Shown here: positions 18,258 to 27,721 of the stretch, piece after piece | Layout of the letters: the number at the start of each line of letters is the position of its first letter | Position numbering within the stretch: position 1 is the stretch's first letter | DNA from: Limnohabitans sp. | Lineage (GTDB): Bacteria > Pseudomonadota > Gammaproteobacteria > Burkholderiales > Burkholderiaceae_C | Length of the DNA: 64,000 bases | NCBI GenBank assembly: GCA_964203565.1 | Contig: CAXNMP010000004.1 | Span: forward strand, 50,413 to 114,412 | Direction: 5' to 3' | The notes under the pieces: generated by a model | Told to the model about the DNA's origin: nothing | Databases searched by the model: none | What the model saw: the letters and a program-made list of their open reading frames with translations, nothing else | Made by a program: the position numbers and the translations under genes

Positions 18258-18506
18258 TCAAGAAATATTTTTAGCGTGCGTAGCCGTATCAAAGGCTTTG
18301 GCTTTGCCGATATAGAAACGATCAATGCGCCAATCTCGCAGCAACTCTATTGCCAAGTCAAAATCATCAGAATTGAGTTTGTACAGTTCAGTCACTGGAA
18401 ACTCCTGGTCAGATTCCAAAGCAAGTATGACCTTAGCAAACGTGAGACCTTCAATTGAATTTGGAGATTTTTCGATGAATTTTTTTACTTTTTTAATGGC
18501 TCGCAC
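18258..18506 (-). CDS. Hypothetical protein
   Basis: 82-aa ORF with GAGAAA RBS; LALES..F...LY.L...DFDLAIELL.DWRIDRFY. Confidence 0.6.
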   Translation of the reverse strand: MRAIKKVKKFIEKSPNSIEGLTFAKVILALESDQEFPVTELYKLNSDDFDLAIELLRDWRIDRFYIGKAKAFDTATHAKNIS

Positions 18507-18844
18507 AGCATTTCTCTAAGAATAAAGATGTGAGAATGTTACACGCTTCTTTACCAAGAAATTATGACATATTGATGTCATATTCTACCGTGATGTGAAC
18601 TTAGTTGGTGAGATGCATACAAATTCAAATTTTGACATCGAATTGAAGTTACAAGTGCCCAATGCATCAATACAGGTTTGAAAAAGGCCTGCACTCGCAG
18701 GAAGGGGTGCTTAGTGACTATTTTTTAGAAAACCATCATGAATTGCATTAAATAGTATGCAATATGAAGTTTTATTAGTCCTAAATAAACACACCGTTTC
18801 GGGGTTCCGAGTTCGAGAACCCTCATGTCAGCTGTCCGGGTATG

Positions 18845-18985
18845 GAGTCGAACTTTTGAGAAATTTAGTTCCAGCCCCAAGCCTGAGCGTCTAAGTTGTC
18901 CAATGCACGGTGACAGCACTGATTGCAAAATCTACGAAAGTGCTGGAAGGATTGCAATTTACAATTTTTGTCTATTTACATGAAA
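18845..18985 (+). repeat. Diverged left-arm copy of the att-like element
   Basis: GGAGTCGAACTTTTGAGAAATTTAG..AGCCCCAAGCCT.AGCGTCTAA..TGCAAA..GCTGGAA aligns with 12006-12156. Confidence 0.75.
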
Positions 18986-19123
18986 TTTCTTCACAGTAGT
19001 CTTAGGTCTATGGGTTAAAGTAAAAGAACTGATTCAAATCGTTGACCAAGAAAAAAATCTGATTTATTCGAATACAGTCTTGGGATCAGTTGCTTGTCTT
19101 GTTATAAATTGACAGTTGTCTGA

Positions 19124-19591
19124 ATGACTACAAAGGTGGATAAGATGTCTGCGTCTTTTATAGATTCCATACTAGCCCTAGACCAACAACTCATTCAATT
19201 GGTTTACCGGAGTCGCTCTCTGATAGAAGGAGCTGAATACGAAAAATTAATGTCTACATGTCTTCGTAACAACCCTAGCCGCGGTATCACGGGAGTTCTG
19301 ATCTCGCATTCAGGCTGGTTTCTTCAAGTGCTTGAAGGCACAGCAGCAAATGTCAGCTCACTTTTTAAAGTCATCGAAAATGACCCGCGGCATTCTGATT
19401 TTCTGCTTTTAAGATTCAACGCTGTTGCAGTTCGGGATTTCAGCGACTGGTCGATGGCCTCGATAACAGTTGATGAGCAGCGATTCATACACATGGCGAA
19501 TCAAGCTCTGCTAGCCGAAGGTGTGGCGATGTCTGCAGTCCGGGACTTCTTGTGCTATGGCAAATGGACAGATGGAGCAGAAAGCTATTGA
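19124..19591 (+). CDS. BLUF domain blue-light sensor
   Basis: LVYRS, RNN...GITGVL, FLQVLEG, I..DPRH (conserved Tyr/Asn/Gln). Confidence 0.9.
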   Translation: MTTKVDKMSASFIDSILALDQQLIQLVYRSRSLIEGAEYEKLMSTCLRNNPSRGITGVLISHSGWFLQVLEGTAANVSSLFKVIENDPRHSDFLLLRFNAVAVRDFSDWSMASITVDEQRFIHMANQALLAEGVAMSAVRDFLCYGKWTDGAESY

Positions 19592-19705
19592 TGCCAACAC
19601 CAGTCGTTCCTGACAACGCATAGGTCAATAGCTTATCCAATTCAACTCACCCTAATCAAATTCCAACACCATTCAACATGTGCGATCTTGTGATGACACC
19701 GAATC

Positions 19706-19825
19706 AAGTTCGAGCCCCAAGCCAACCGTGTAACTTTTCAAGTGCAAAATGACGCGGCCAAGTGCAAAATCTACGAAAGTACTGAAAAAATTGTAATTTA
19801 CAATTTTCGGTCATATACACGGCAG
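19706..19825 (+). repeat. Diverged left-arm copy of the att-like element
   Basis: GTTCGAGCCCCAAGCC..GTGTAACTT..AAAATGAC..AGTGCAAAATCTACGAAAGT..palindrome 19787-19807..TACACG. Confidence 0.75.
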
Positions 19826-19950
19826 TTCATTAGCAAAAAATTATGCACGAAAATTAACAGCCCTGAAACAAAAAACTAGCAGAATTCATTAAATTTTATT
19901 TACTGGTCAAGAAGATTTCGATAGGCAGTTTTTAAAATTATGGAGTTTAA

Positions 19951-20322
19951 ATGTTTTCAATTTTAAAGTTTTTCTATCTAGTTTTTCAAAAAGGTCGCAG
20001 CCTTTTAGATCCCAATCTCAATCCCTTGAGGCACGCTCCAGCGCACATCAGGTATTTCGCCACCATACTTCTAGCTTGTTTTTGGTGTTTGGCTTTTGGG
20101 CTTTACTTTAAAGAGTTTCTATCTATCGGCTTCAACATGCTTGGGCACATAGCTGTAATCAGCATGGCATTCATAACTTGGTTTACATTTAAACAGTTCA
20201 ATAGGATTTATAGCCCCAGAGCCGGAACAGAGGACTGGCTTCGCATGCCTGATCGAGGAAGTCGTTGTGACGAGATGACTGAGGAACAAAGGCTTTCAAG
20301 GGCTAATGAGTTGAATAAGTAA
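19951..20322 (+). CDS. Hypothetical membrane protein
   Basis: LDPNLNPLRH motif followed by two hydrophobic helices. Confidence 0.65.
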   Translation: MFSILKFFYLVFQKGRSLLDPNLNPLRHAPAHIRYFATILLACFWCLAFGLYFKEFLSIGFNMLGHIAVISMAFITWFTFKQFNRIYSPRAGTEDWLRMPDRGSRCDEMTEEQRLSRANELNK

Positions 20323-20568
20323 CTCACTTGTTGCATTGTGCCGATTAGCATAGAAAAAACATGGCCAAGGAAACTACTAATGTCCCGAAAAGTGATGACG
20401 ACGTAATCGATGCTGAAGTAAAGGAAATCTCAAAAAATAATCAACTTTCGTTATATACGTCGTCTAAAGATTCTCCATCAAAATATGAGTGCTTTCACAA
20501 AGATACAGTGCCAACCTTTTTATAATGAACTACAGTTCAAGTTAATCTAAAACACTTAGGAGTGATTT

Positions 20569-21261
20569 ATGACTGAACAATCTCAAACCATTGAATATGG
20601 AACTGTCTTATCCAGTCCCGAAGAGCGCAACCGTGTTCTAAGAAACACTTACTGGCTTCTAGCCCTGAGCATGTTGCCCACCGTTTTGGGAGCTTGGCTG
20701 GGCGTTGAGACTGGTCTTAGCAAGGTACTCAGTGGATGGGTGGGTCTGGCTGTGATCTTGGCTGGGGGGTTTGGATTCATCTATGCGATTGAAAAGACCA
20801 AGAACTCAGCTGCTGGTGTACCTGTTCTCTTGGGCTTTACTTTCTTCATGGGTCTGATGATCAGTAGCTTGATTGCTGCTGTATTGGGCTTTAAAAATGG
20901 CTCTTCCCTTGTTATGACTGCGTTTGGTGGTACGGCAGGCGTCTTTTTTGTCATGGCCAGTTTGGCCTCTGTTATCAAAAGAGATCTCTCTGGGATGGGT
21001 AAGTGGCTGTTTGTTGGCGCAATAGTCATGATGGTTGGTGGCATCATCAACGTGTTTGTTGGCTCCAGCGTTGGCATGATGGTGATCTCAATGATGGGTA
21101 TTGCTATCTTCAGTGCTTACATGCTTTATGACATCAAACAAATCATTGATGGTGGCGAAACCAATTACATAAGTGCAACTCTGGCTCTGTACCTCGACAT
21201 CATCAATGTATTCCAAAGCCTTCTGGCCTTGCTGGGACTCATGGGCGGCGAGAAGGACTAA
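20569..21261 (+). CDS. yccA: Bax inhibitor-1/YccA family membrane protein
   Basis: RVLRNTYWLLALS, 7 TM segments, II.GGETNYISATLALYLD..NVF. Confidence 0.9.
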   Translation: MTEQSQTIEYGTVLSSPEERNRVLRNTYWLLALSMLPTVLGAWLGVETGLSKVLSGWVGLAVILAGGFGFIYAIEKTKNSAAGVPVLLGFTFFMGLMISSLIAAVLGFKNGSSLVMTAFGGTAGVFFVMASLASVIKRDLSGMGKWLFVGAIVMMVGGIINVFVGSSVGMMVISMMGIAIFSAYMLYDIKQIIDGGETNYISATLALYLDIINVFQSLLALLGLMGGEKD

Positions 21262-21326
21262 TTACAGTAAGTCACCAATAGAGATGTCAATTTGATTTGT
21301 TGAAATCTGATTCCACCGCCTTTCAA

Positions 21327-21722
21327 GGAGTCGAACTTTCGCCCGTACTGGTTCGAGCCCTAAGCCTAGCGTCTAACTTTCACGCGTAAAATGACCGCGC
21401 TGAACGCAAATTTGCGTGTTTTGGCTGGAAAGTTACATAATGTAACTTTTGGGTTAATACACGAAATATTACACGTTTAATAAAAACGCCTATAAGTCAT
21501 TGATTTATAAGGGTTTTTGACGAGCCTGTTTTCCTGTTAATCCGTAGGTCCCTGGTTCGAGCCCAGGTCGCGGAGCCACCTAAAAAAGCATCGTCAAATG
21601 CGATGCTTTTTCCTTTTATACGCAACTACTTGTCGCGTTGAGGGCCTCTGGGTGACTTTTTGCCCTCAAATTTCATCGAGTTATTGCACGTATATTACAC
21701 GGTGGATGGCATCAGTCAAGAG
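21327..21722 (+). repeat. Full attP-like site, copy 2
   Basis: Direct repeat of copy 1; palindrome at 21429-21449, IHF consensus at 21493-21505. Confidence 0.88.
21534..21578 (+). repeat. 3' half of tRNA-Asn(GTT) (att core)
   Basis: Identical to 12215-12259 except one acceptor-stem base (TCGCGGAG vs TCGAGGAG). Confidence 0.9.
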
Positions 21723-21766
21723 GTTTAGCTTTTTGTGTTGAGAAAGTAAGGCGGTGTAGACAAGCT

Positions 21767-22201
21767 ATGCAAAAAAAGTGGGTGTTATCGGGGTTGCTTT
21801 TGCTGTGTTTTTCAGCCTCAGCAGAATGGAAATTTTTGTTTACGACCCAAATTGAACCTTGGCGACCAGGATCAAAGGGCATGAGGGTAGACCACTACAT
21901 TGGCGAATATTCAATCAATGCAGAAAGCCCTTTCTTAGAAATTCAAGTTTTACAAAACTTTACAACATTGGAATCGGGGACTGGCCCAAAAAGAAATTGG
22001 TCAGTTGTAAAGCAAGAAAAATTAAATTGTGCGCAAGCAAATTTCAGTACTTTGTCCTTTGTTGTTTTTTCGGATTTGAATGGCTTGGGCGAAGTTTTGG
22101 AAAGCTTTACGAAAACACAGATCAAATGGGAAAAAATCGACTCTGATGAGGACATCACCAAGATTCATAGGGTTGTCTGCGGCAACACAGCAAGTCGGTA
22201 A
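21767..22201 (+). CDS. Secreted surface-adhesin E family-like protein
   Basis: Signal peptide-AEW, ..KLNC.., W..I, C-terminal Cys. Confidence 0.55.
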   Translation: MQKKWVLSGLLLLCFSASAEWKFLFTTQIEPWRPGSKGMRVDHYIGEYSINAESPFLEIQVLQNFTTLESGTGPKRNWSVVKQEKLNCAQANFSTLSFVVFSDLNGLGEVLESFTKTQIKWEKIDSDEDITKIHRVVCGNTASR

Positions 22202-22245
22202 AAGCCACTTTTAAAGAGCGAAGTCTTTTTTGAACCGAGCCAGAA

Positions 22246-22542
22246 CTAATTACTTTTCTTTTGAATTAGATCTACAACAGGCGTCCCGTTCTGATCAAAT
22301 CCGTAAGGCATGTCTTTCTCACTGCTTCCATCGCAGGCGGCAGCCATATTTCGCTTAGCGTTGTTGCAAGCAATATTGGCTGTCGTGAAAATATCGTCTT
22401 TAGTGGGGTCCCCCTTTTTGCTGCAGTAGTGGTCATATTGCATTTTTGTTTGTTCACAAGTACCGCCCCGAGTATCTTTATTTTGGGCTAGAGCGGTCAC
22501 TAAAACTGTACTCAATAAAGTCAAAATAACTATTGATTTCAT
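22246..22542 (-). CDS. Small secreted 4-Cys protein (paralog of 25609-25890)
   Basis: Signal peptide; GTC-x10-C..AC.NAK.N...ACDG. Confidence 0.7.
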   Translation of the reverse strand: MKSIVILTLLSTVLVTALAQNKDTRGGTCEQTKMQYDHYCSKKGDPTKDDIFTTANIACNNAKRNMAAACDGSSEKDMPYGFDQNGTPVVDLIQKKSN

Positions 22543-22706
22543 TTTTTTCCTTTAAGGTGAAATGGATAAAAAGAGCAAAAACAACCTTGCCTCAAGCATA
22601 AATCGCACTATAAACACTAAAGACTGCCAAGTCACTTTTTCTTTTAGCCCATCATTTCGTCAGAATACACCTTATGTACAAGCGCCTGACGCAAAGCTTT
22701 TCATTT

Positions 22707-23690
22707 TCATTGGTCAACCTCAATAACTACATTTCCTATGGTTTGACCCGCCTCGACAGCCAGGTGCGCCTCAGCAGTTTGCTGCAATGAAAAAGTTGCC
22801 CCGATAGTGTGCTTGAGCTGTTTGTTTTCCAGCATCCTACTCAAAATGTGCACACACGGTTCGCGCTGCTGAACCGGAAGGTCGTAGACCAAGAAAAAAC
22901 TCATGCTGATGGAGTTAAATAGTAGCGGCCTGAACATCACAGGCACCTCTGCAGGAAGATTGGACCCGTAACACACCAAATGGCCGTGGGGTCGCAAAAC
23001 ACCTTGAGCAACCCATGAAATGGTGGTGGAAAAATCCATGTCAATGATGGTGTCGACGCCTTTTCCGTGTGTCAGGTCTTTAACTTGCGCCACGACATCA
23101 TCGGTTTTGTAAAAAAGGCAGTTATCCGCTCCAGCTTCCTTGGCATGTGCAGCCTTGGCTGGTGAGCCCACTGTGCCAATGACTTTGGCACCCATCCTCT
23201 TTAGCATCTGGGTCACATAATGACCAACTGCAGACGATGCACCAGTGACAAGCACGGTTTGTTTTGTCACATCCCCTGCGATCCGAACAGCTTGTAACGC
23301 TGTCAATCCTGGAATTCCCATGCAGGCACCTTCCTGAAATGAGGTGCCGTCTGGCAAATGAGCCGCCTGATCTGAAGGCAGGCAGACATATTGCGCTGAT
23401 GTCCCCATGGGTCGTTGCCATTGGGCATTCCAAACCCATACCCGTTCCCCGAGCCGAGCCGGATCCACCCCTTGACCGATGGCGTCGATGATGCCAGCAC
23501 CGTCACTGTGCGGCACGATGAAAGGGTCTTGGAGTGGCCGCGCCAAACGCGACTTGACATCAGAGGGGTTCACCCCTGAAGCGAACAATTGCACGCGAAC
23601 TTCATTCTTGGCTGGCTGTGGAGTGGGTAGATCGCCGTAAATCAGAACTTCTTTGGCGCCACCGTTGCGCTCGTACCAAACAGCTTTCAT
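22707..23690 (-). CDS. NADPH:quinone reductase (zeta-crystallin/MDR family)
   Basis: SGVNPSDVKSR, PHSDGAG, VLVTGASSAVG. Confidence 0.9.
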   Translation of the reverse strand: MKAVWYERNGGAKEVLIYGDLPTPQPAKNEVRVQLFASGVNPSDVKSRLARPLQDPFIVPHSDGAGIIDAIGQGVDPARLGERVWVWNAQWQRPMGTSAQYVCLPSDQAAHLPDGTSFQEGACMGIPGLTALQAVRIAGDVTKQTVLVTGASSAVGHYVTQMLKRMGAKVIGTVGSPAKAAHAKEAGADNCLFYKTDDVVAQVKDLTHGKGVDTIIDMDFSTTISWVAQGVLRPHGHLVCYGSNLPAEVPVMFRPLLFNSISMSFFLVYDLPVQQREPCVHILSRMLENKQLKHTIGATFSLQQTAEAHLAVEAGQTIGNVVIEVDQ

Positions 23691-23959
23691 GGGCTTTTCC
23701 TTAGGTTGAACCACCATGGCGCAAATGACTGCGCATGTGGCAATTTCAGACTATATATTTTTTGCACCCTTCGCAAAATATCCTATTTTTTTAAGATCTT
23801 GGGGCTGTCAGATTTATACATGGTAAGAATTTGCGGCGAAGCTAAGTGAATACCCTAGCGTTTAAATATTCTTTCTTGACAATTGATTAGGTATGCATCA
23901 CATTTCGCAGACCAAACACTTTTTTGTGTTCGGAAATTAACATCAAAAAGGAGACTTTT

Positions 23960-25513
23960 ATGAGTGATAAACAACGCCCCTTCGGCGTTTCCATGACCGA
24001 AAGAGAATTTGATGAGTGTTTGCATGCGGACGAGGCCGCATTTCGTTCGCCAATACCAACACAAATTGTCTCCAATGGCGAATACAACCCGATGCCGCAA
24101 ACGGAAAAGCAAAAAAAGGTTGAGTTTCTGATCAAAGAAATTGCGGACAAAGAAGCCAAGCGCCACAACACGACGCGCCGCAAATTTCTGGCATCTTCCT
24201 CTGGCATGGCTGCTGCCTTCATGGCTATGAACATGGTTCACGGCGACATCTTCGATGTCAATGCAGCTGAGGTCAAAAGCCCTGATGCAGCAGGCGACCG
24301 CAAAGCCAAATACAAGGGTCAATTCATCTTTGATGATCAAACCCACTTTATCCGTGATGATTTCAAAGAGGAAGGTCTGCTGGGTTTGACCAAATGGGCT
24401 GAAGGCGCAAATGTCAATCCCAATATTGGCAGTGTTCCCACCAATTTGTCGCGTTACAAAATGGACAACTACCTCAAGGAAATTTTTCTTGACAGTGATA
24501 CCACCATTGCTTTGCTGTCTGGTGCGCCATTTGATGACCCGAACTGGTGGTTGCTCTCCAATGATGCGATTCAAAACGCCTGCCGTGCAGTCAACAAAAT
24601 GGCTGGCAGCGTGCGCATGTTGGGTCACTCCATCATCACACCCAAATATCCCAATTGGATGGATGAAGTGGACCGTGCCATTGCCGAACTCAAGCCTGTG
24701 TCCTGGAAGTCCTACACCATTGGCGACCCCTTCGGCCCGTCCAAATACGCTTGGCGACTGGACGATGAAAAGCTCATGTATCCGTTCTACGAGAAAGCGC
24801 TTAAGTCGGGCATCAACACCATTTGTATCCACAAGGGCTTGATGCCACGTGACTATGAAAAAGCTTTTGCCGGTACTTGGGAAAACGCAACTGTCGCTGA
24901 TGTGGGTAAAGCCGCCAAAGACTGGCCCAAAATGAACTTTGTCATCTACCATGCTGCTTTGCGTCCATGGTTGGCTGACAAACCCGACATGGAAATGGCC
25001 CAGTTTGAAAAGGATGGCTATATCCAGTGGGCGACAGACTTGGCTCGTATTCCTCAAAAATACGGCGTCAATAATGTCTATGCCGAAATCGGATCAAGCT
25101 TTGCCAGTACCGCAGTGACAGACCCTCGCTTCTGTGCCGCCTTCATCGGACAACTGGTCAACCTGATGGGTCCTGAGCGCGTGGTGTGGGGTACTGATTC
25201 GGTTTGGTACGGTTCACCGCAGTGGCAGATCGAAGCCATGCGCCGCCTTGAGATTCCAGATGACATGATGAAAAAACAAGGCTGGAAAATCAAGCTGGGC
25301 GATGGCCGCGGATCTGTCAAAAACAAGATCTTCGGTGAAAACTCTGCCAAGTTGTACCGCTTGGACGCACAGAAGATCGCTGCTGATGCAAAAGCCTTCG
25401 ACCACGACATGATTGCCCAAATGAAGGCCGAGTATTTGGCCATGGGTGGCGAGCGTAGCAATGCAGCTTATGGCTATATCGCCAAGGAAGGACGAGAGGG
25501 CAGCCTTGGTTGA
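23960..25513 (+). CDS. Amidohydrolase family protein with internal twin-arginine motif
   Basis: AAGGAG RBS; DDQTHF, ICIHKG, VIYHAA, VWGTDSVWYGSPQWQIEA; TTRRKFLA at about residue 70. Confidence 0.85.
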   Translation: MSDKQRPFGVSMTEREFDECLHADEAAFRSPIPTQIVSNGEYNPMPQTEKQKKVEFLIKEIADKEAKRHNTTRRKFLASSSGMAAAFMAMNMVHGDIFDVNAAEVKSPDAAGDRKAKYKGQFIFDDQTHFIRDDFKEEGLLGLTKWAEGANVNPNIGSVPTNLSRYKMDNYLKEIFLDSDTTIALLSGAPFDDPNWWLLSNDAIQNACRAVNKMAGSVRMLGHSIITPKYPNWMDEVDRAIAELKPVSWKSYTIGDPFGPSKYAWRLDDEKLMYPFYEKALKSGINTICIHKGLMPRDYEKAFAGTWENATVADVGKAAKDWPKMNFVIYHAALRPWLADKPDMEMAQFEKDGYIQWATDLARIPQKYGVNNVYAEIGSSFASTAVTDPRFCAAFIGQLVNLMGPERVVWGTDSVWYGSPQWQIEAMRRLEIPDDMMKKQGWKIKLGDGRGSVKNKIFGENSAKLYRLDAQKIAADAKAFDHDMIAQMKAEYLAMGGERSNAAYGYIAKEGREGSLG

Positions 25514-25539
25514 TCAAGGTTTCCTTGCCTAAGTGATTA

Positions 25540-25580
25540 GCAAGCTGCATACAAAGCGTATGCAGCTTGCTTCTTTTTTT
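25540..25580 (+). terminator. Intrinsic terminator
   Basis: GCAAGCTGCATAC-aaagc-GTATGCAGCTTGC followed by TTCTTTTTTT. Confidence 0.8.
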
Positions 25581-25608
25581 GAGAACCAAACTTCTTTCAG
25601 AGATGCAT

Positions 25609-25890
25609 ATGAAAAAAATCCATAAGACATCCATAGCTTTGTTGTCATTAGCCCTGTTTTCACTGTCTGTTTCAGCCAATGAAGAGGAAAAGAAATCCCG
25701 TGTGGGAACCTGTCAGGACGCAAAAAAGCAGCAAGAATATTTTTGTGACATGAAAAATGCAGCAACAGACTCCATGGTTGCATTGGGCACTGCATGCCGT
25801 AATGCCAAGATCAATGTCAAGGAGGCGTGTGAAGGTGTTGTGCTTCCAGACCCTGTATATAAATCTTGCGCTATGGAACAAAAGTGCTGA
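25609..25890 (+). CDS. Small secreted Cys protein (paralog of 22246-22542)
   Basis: Signal peptide; GTC-x10-C..AC.NAK.N...ACEG. Confidence 0.7.
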   Translation: MKKIHKTSIALLSLALFSLSVSANEEEKKSRVGTCQDAKKQQEYFCDMKNAATDSMVALGTACRNAKINVKEACEGVVLPDPVYKSCAMEQKC

Positions 25891-25930
25891 AGCAAACCTT
25901 TGATCCATCACTCAGTATTTGCCTTTGAGC

Positions 25931-27313
25931 ATGTGGTTTTCACGGCTCAGTCTTAGCCACAAGCTGAGCTTGGGTTTATTGGTTTTGGTATTTCTGTCTT
26001 TGCAAGCATTTGCACAAATACTTCGTTCTGAACCCAAGCCGATTAGCCCTCAACAGGTGTATTTGCAGCCTGTTGCGGGCCTAAGCTTTAAACAAATCGG
26101 AGTTTTCAGAGAAGGTGAAAAGGAATTCTCTGTTCCATGGGTGGTTTTCCCGCTGCTTGGTGGCCACTGGGGCTTGGGGCCTACCTTCATAGCTGACGCC
26201 TGTTCTGTTTGCCATGTTCAAGCGGGGCGGGGGCGTACCCTTGATGACGCTGTCATTACTCAGCAACTATTGCGTCTGTCTGTCCCGGGAGAGGGTACGC
26301 ATGGTGCGCCAAAACCGCATCCTCACTACGGCGATCAGATACAGGTCACTGGCGTGAGCGTGGGACTGAAGGAGAACCGTAAACCTGGTGAAGCAGATAT
26401 TTTTATCGACTGGCTTTATCACCAAGTCACCTTGGCAGACGGTACCAAAGTTGAATTACGCAAACCACAGTTACGCATAGAAAACTTGGCTTTTGGACCT
26501 CTCGAGCCAGATGTCATGTTTTCTTTAAGAAATACACAAGCTTTGTTTGGCTTGGGATTTCTGGAAGCTGTTCCGCAGGCAAGTCTTCAAGCCATTGCCG
26601 AGCACCAAAAAACACAAGGTCTGAATGGCCGGATCAACTATGTCCGCGACGATATTAAGCGTACTGAAGCAGTGGGACGTTTTGGATGGAAGGCAGCCCA
26701 GCCCAGCATCAGGCAGCAAACTGCCACTGCATTTCTCGGTGACATGGGGGTCACCTCGTCTTTGTACATAGAAGAGAATTGTCCGCCTGTCCAAACGCTG
26801 TGCTTGGCTATGCCGCCAGGTAATCGCCCTGAATTACTCGATTACAACTGGGATCAGCTGGAATTTTGGCAAGCGGCACTGGCACCACCACCACCTCGGA
26901 ATAAAGAATCTGCGCAAGTGCAGCGTGGTCAAATTCTTTTTGAAAAGGCAGGATGTGCCCAATGTCATTTGCCAGAGCTGAAAACAGGCGATTACCCTTT
27001 GTTGCCTGTGATTGCTAACACCACTTTTCGTGCTTATACCGACTTGTTGTTGCATGACATGGGTGAAGAATTGGCTGATGGCAGACCCGAGTTTATGGCG
27101 GGACCGCGCGACTGGCGTACTGCACCTTTGTGGGGCATTGGCCTGTCGCAACAGGTCAATGGAAGCACCCATTTTTTACACGATGGCAGAGCGCGAAATG
27201 TATTAGAGGCAATTTTGTGGCATGGCGGTGAGGCCAAAAAAGCACGAGATACGTTTGCCTCGATGCTAAAAGATGAACGAGATGCAGTCTTGCAATTTGT
27301 GAACTCACTATGA
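25931..27313 (+). CDS. Di-heme oxidoreductase family protein (DUF1111-like)
   Basis: GLGP.F.A..CSVCH..GRG, GLGFLEAV, GRFGWKA, CAQCH, YTDLLLHDMG, WRTAPLWGIG, LHDGRAR. Confidence 0.9.
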   Translation: MWFSRLSLSHKLSLGLLVLVFLSLQAFAQILRSEPKPISPQQVYLQPVAGLSFKQIGVFREGEKEFSVPWVVFPLLGGHWGLGPTFIADACSVCHVQAGRGRTLDDAVITQQLLRLSVPGEGTHGAPKPHPHYGDQIQVTGVSVGLKENRKPGEADIFIDWLYHQVTLADGTKVELRKPQLRIENLAFGPLEPDVMFSLRNTQALFGLGFLEAVPQASLQAIAEHQKTQGLNGRINYVRDDIKRTEAVGRFGWKAAQPSIRQQTATAFLGDMGVTSSLYIEENCPPVQTLCLAMPPGNRPELLDYNWDQLEFWQAALAPPPPRNKESAQVQRGQILFEKAGCAQCHLPELKTGDYPLLPVIANTTFRAYTDLLLHDMGEELADGRPEFMAGPRDWRTAPLWGIGLSQQVNGSTHFLHDGRARNVLEAILWHGGEAKKARDTFASMLKDERDAVLQFVNSL

Positions 27314-27693
27314 AAATACAACTTCTGGCAGGATTGATCGCATTCTTTTCGTTGACCTTAACTCACGCTGACTGGATTGAATTTGCAGACAACGGTAAAG
27401 CTGTCTTTTATTACGACCCGGCCACCGTACAAATTAACAAAGACAAGGTGATCGTTTGGGAAATGCTCAATTACAGTTTTCCTTTAAATCGGGTTTTGTC
27501 TAGCAAAACACGCAAAGAGTATGACTGTGGCAAACAGCTTTTTCGCAATCTGTCGGGTGAATTTTTTGCCGGCCCCCTACTCAGTGGTGAACGCATCAGC
27601 GCCAGTGAAGAGGCTGACCATGACTGGCGGGTGGCGGTCGAGGGAACCCGCAATTTAGAGTTACTCCAAATGCTGTGCCCTAAGCTCAGTTAA
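27310..27693 (+). CDS. Secreted surface-adhesin E family-like protein
   Basis: Signal-ADW, YYDPATV, VWEMLN, EYDC, terminal LC; ATGA overlap with the upstream gene. Confidence 0.7.
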   Translation: MKIQLLAGLIAFFSLTLTHADWIEFADNGKAVFYYDPATVQINKDKVIVWEMLNYSFPLNRVLSSKTRKEYDCGKQLFRNLSGEFFAGPLLSGERISASEEADHDWRVAVEGTRNLELLQMLCPKLS

Positions 27694-27721
27694 CCCATCG
27701 TTTTTTCAACAAAGGAAAACT

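Larger units (their letters stand above)
6088..21722 (+). mobile_element. Tandem array of att-delimited, integrase-less cargo modules (tRNA-Asn-type att cores)
   Basis: Direct-repeat att-like sites at about 6.2, 12.2 and 21.5 kb plus arm-only copies at 11.1, 18.9 and 19.7 kb; no recombinase ORF seen. Confidence 0.65.
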
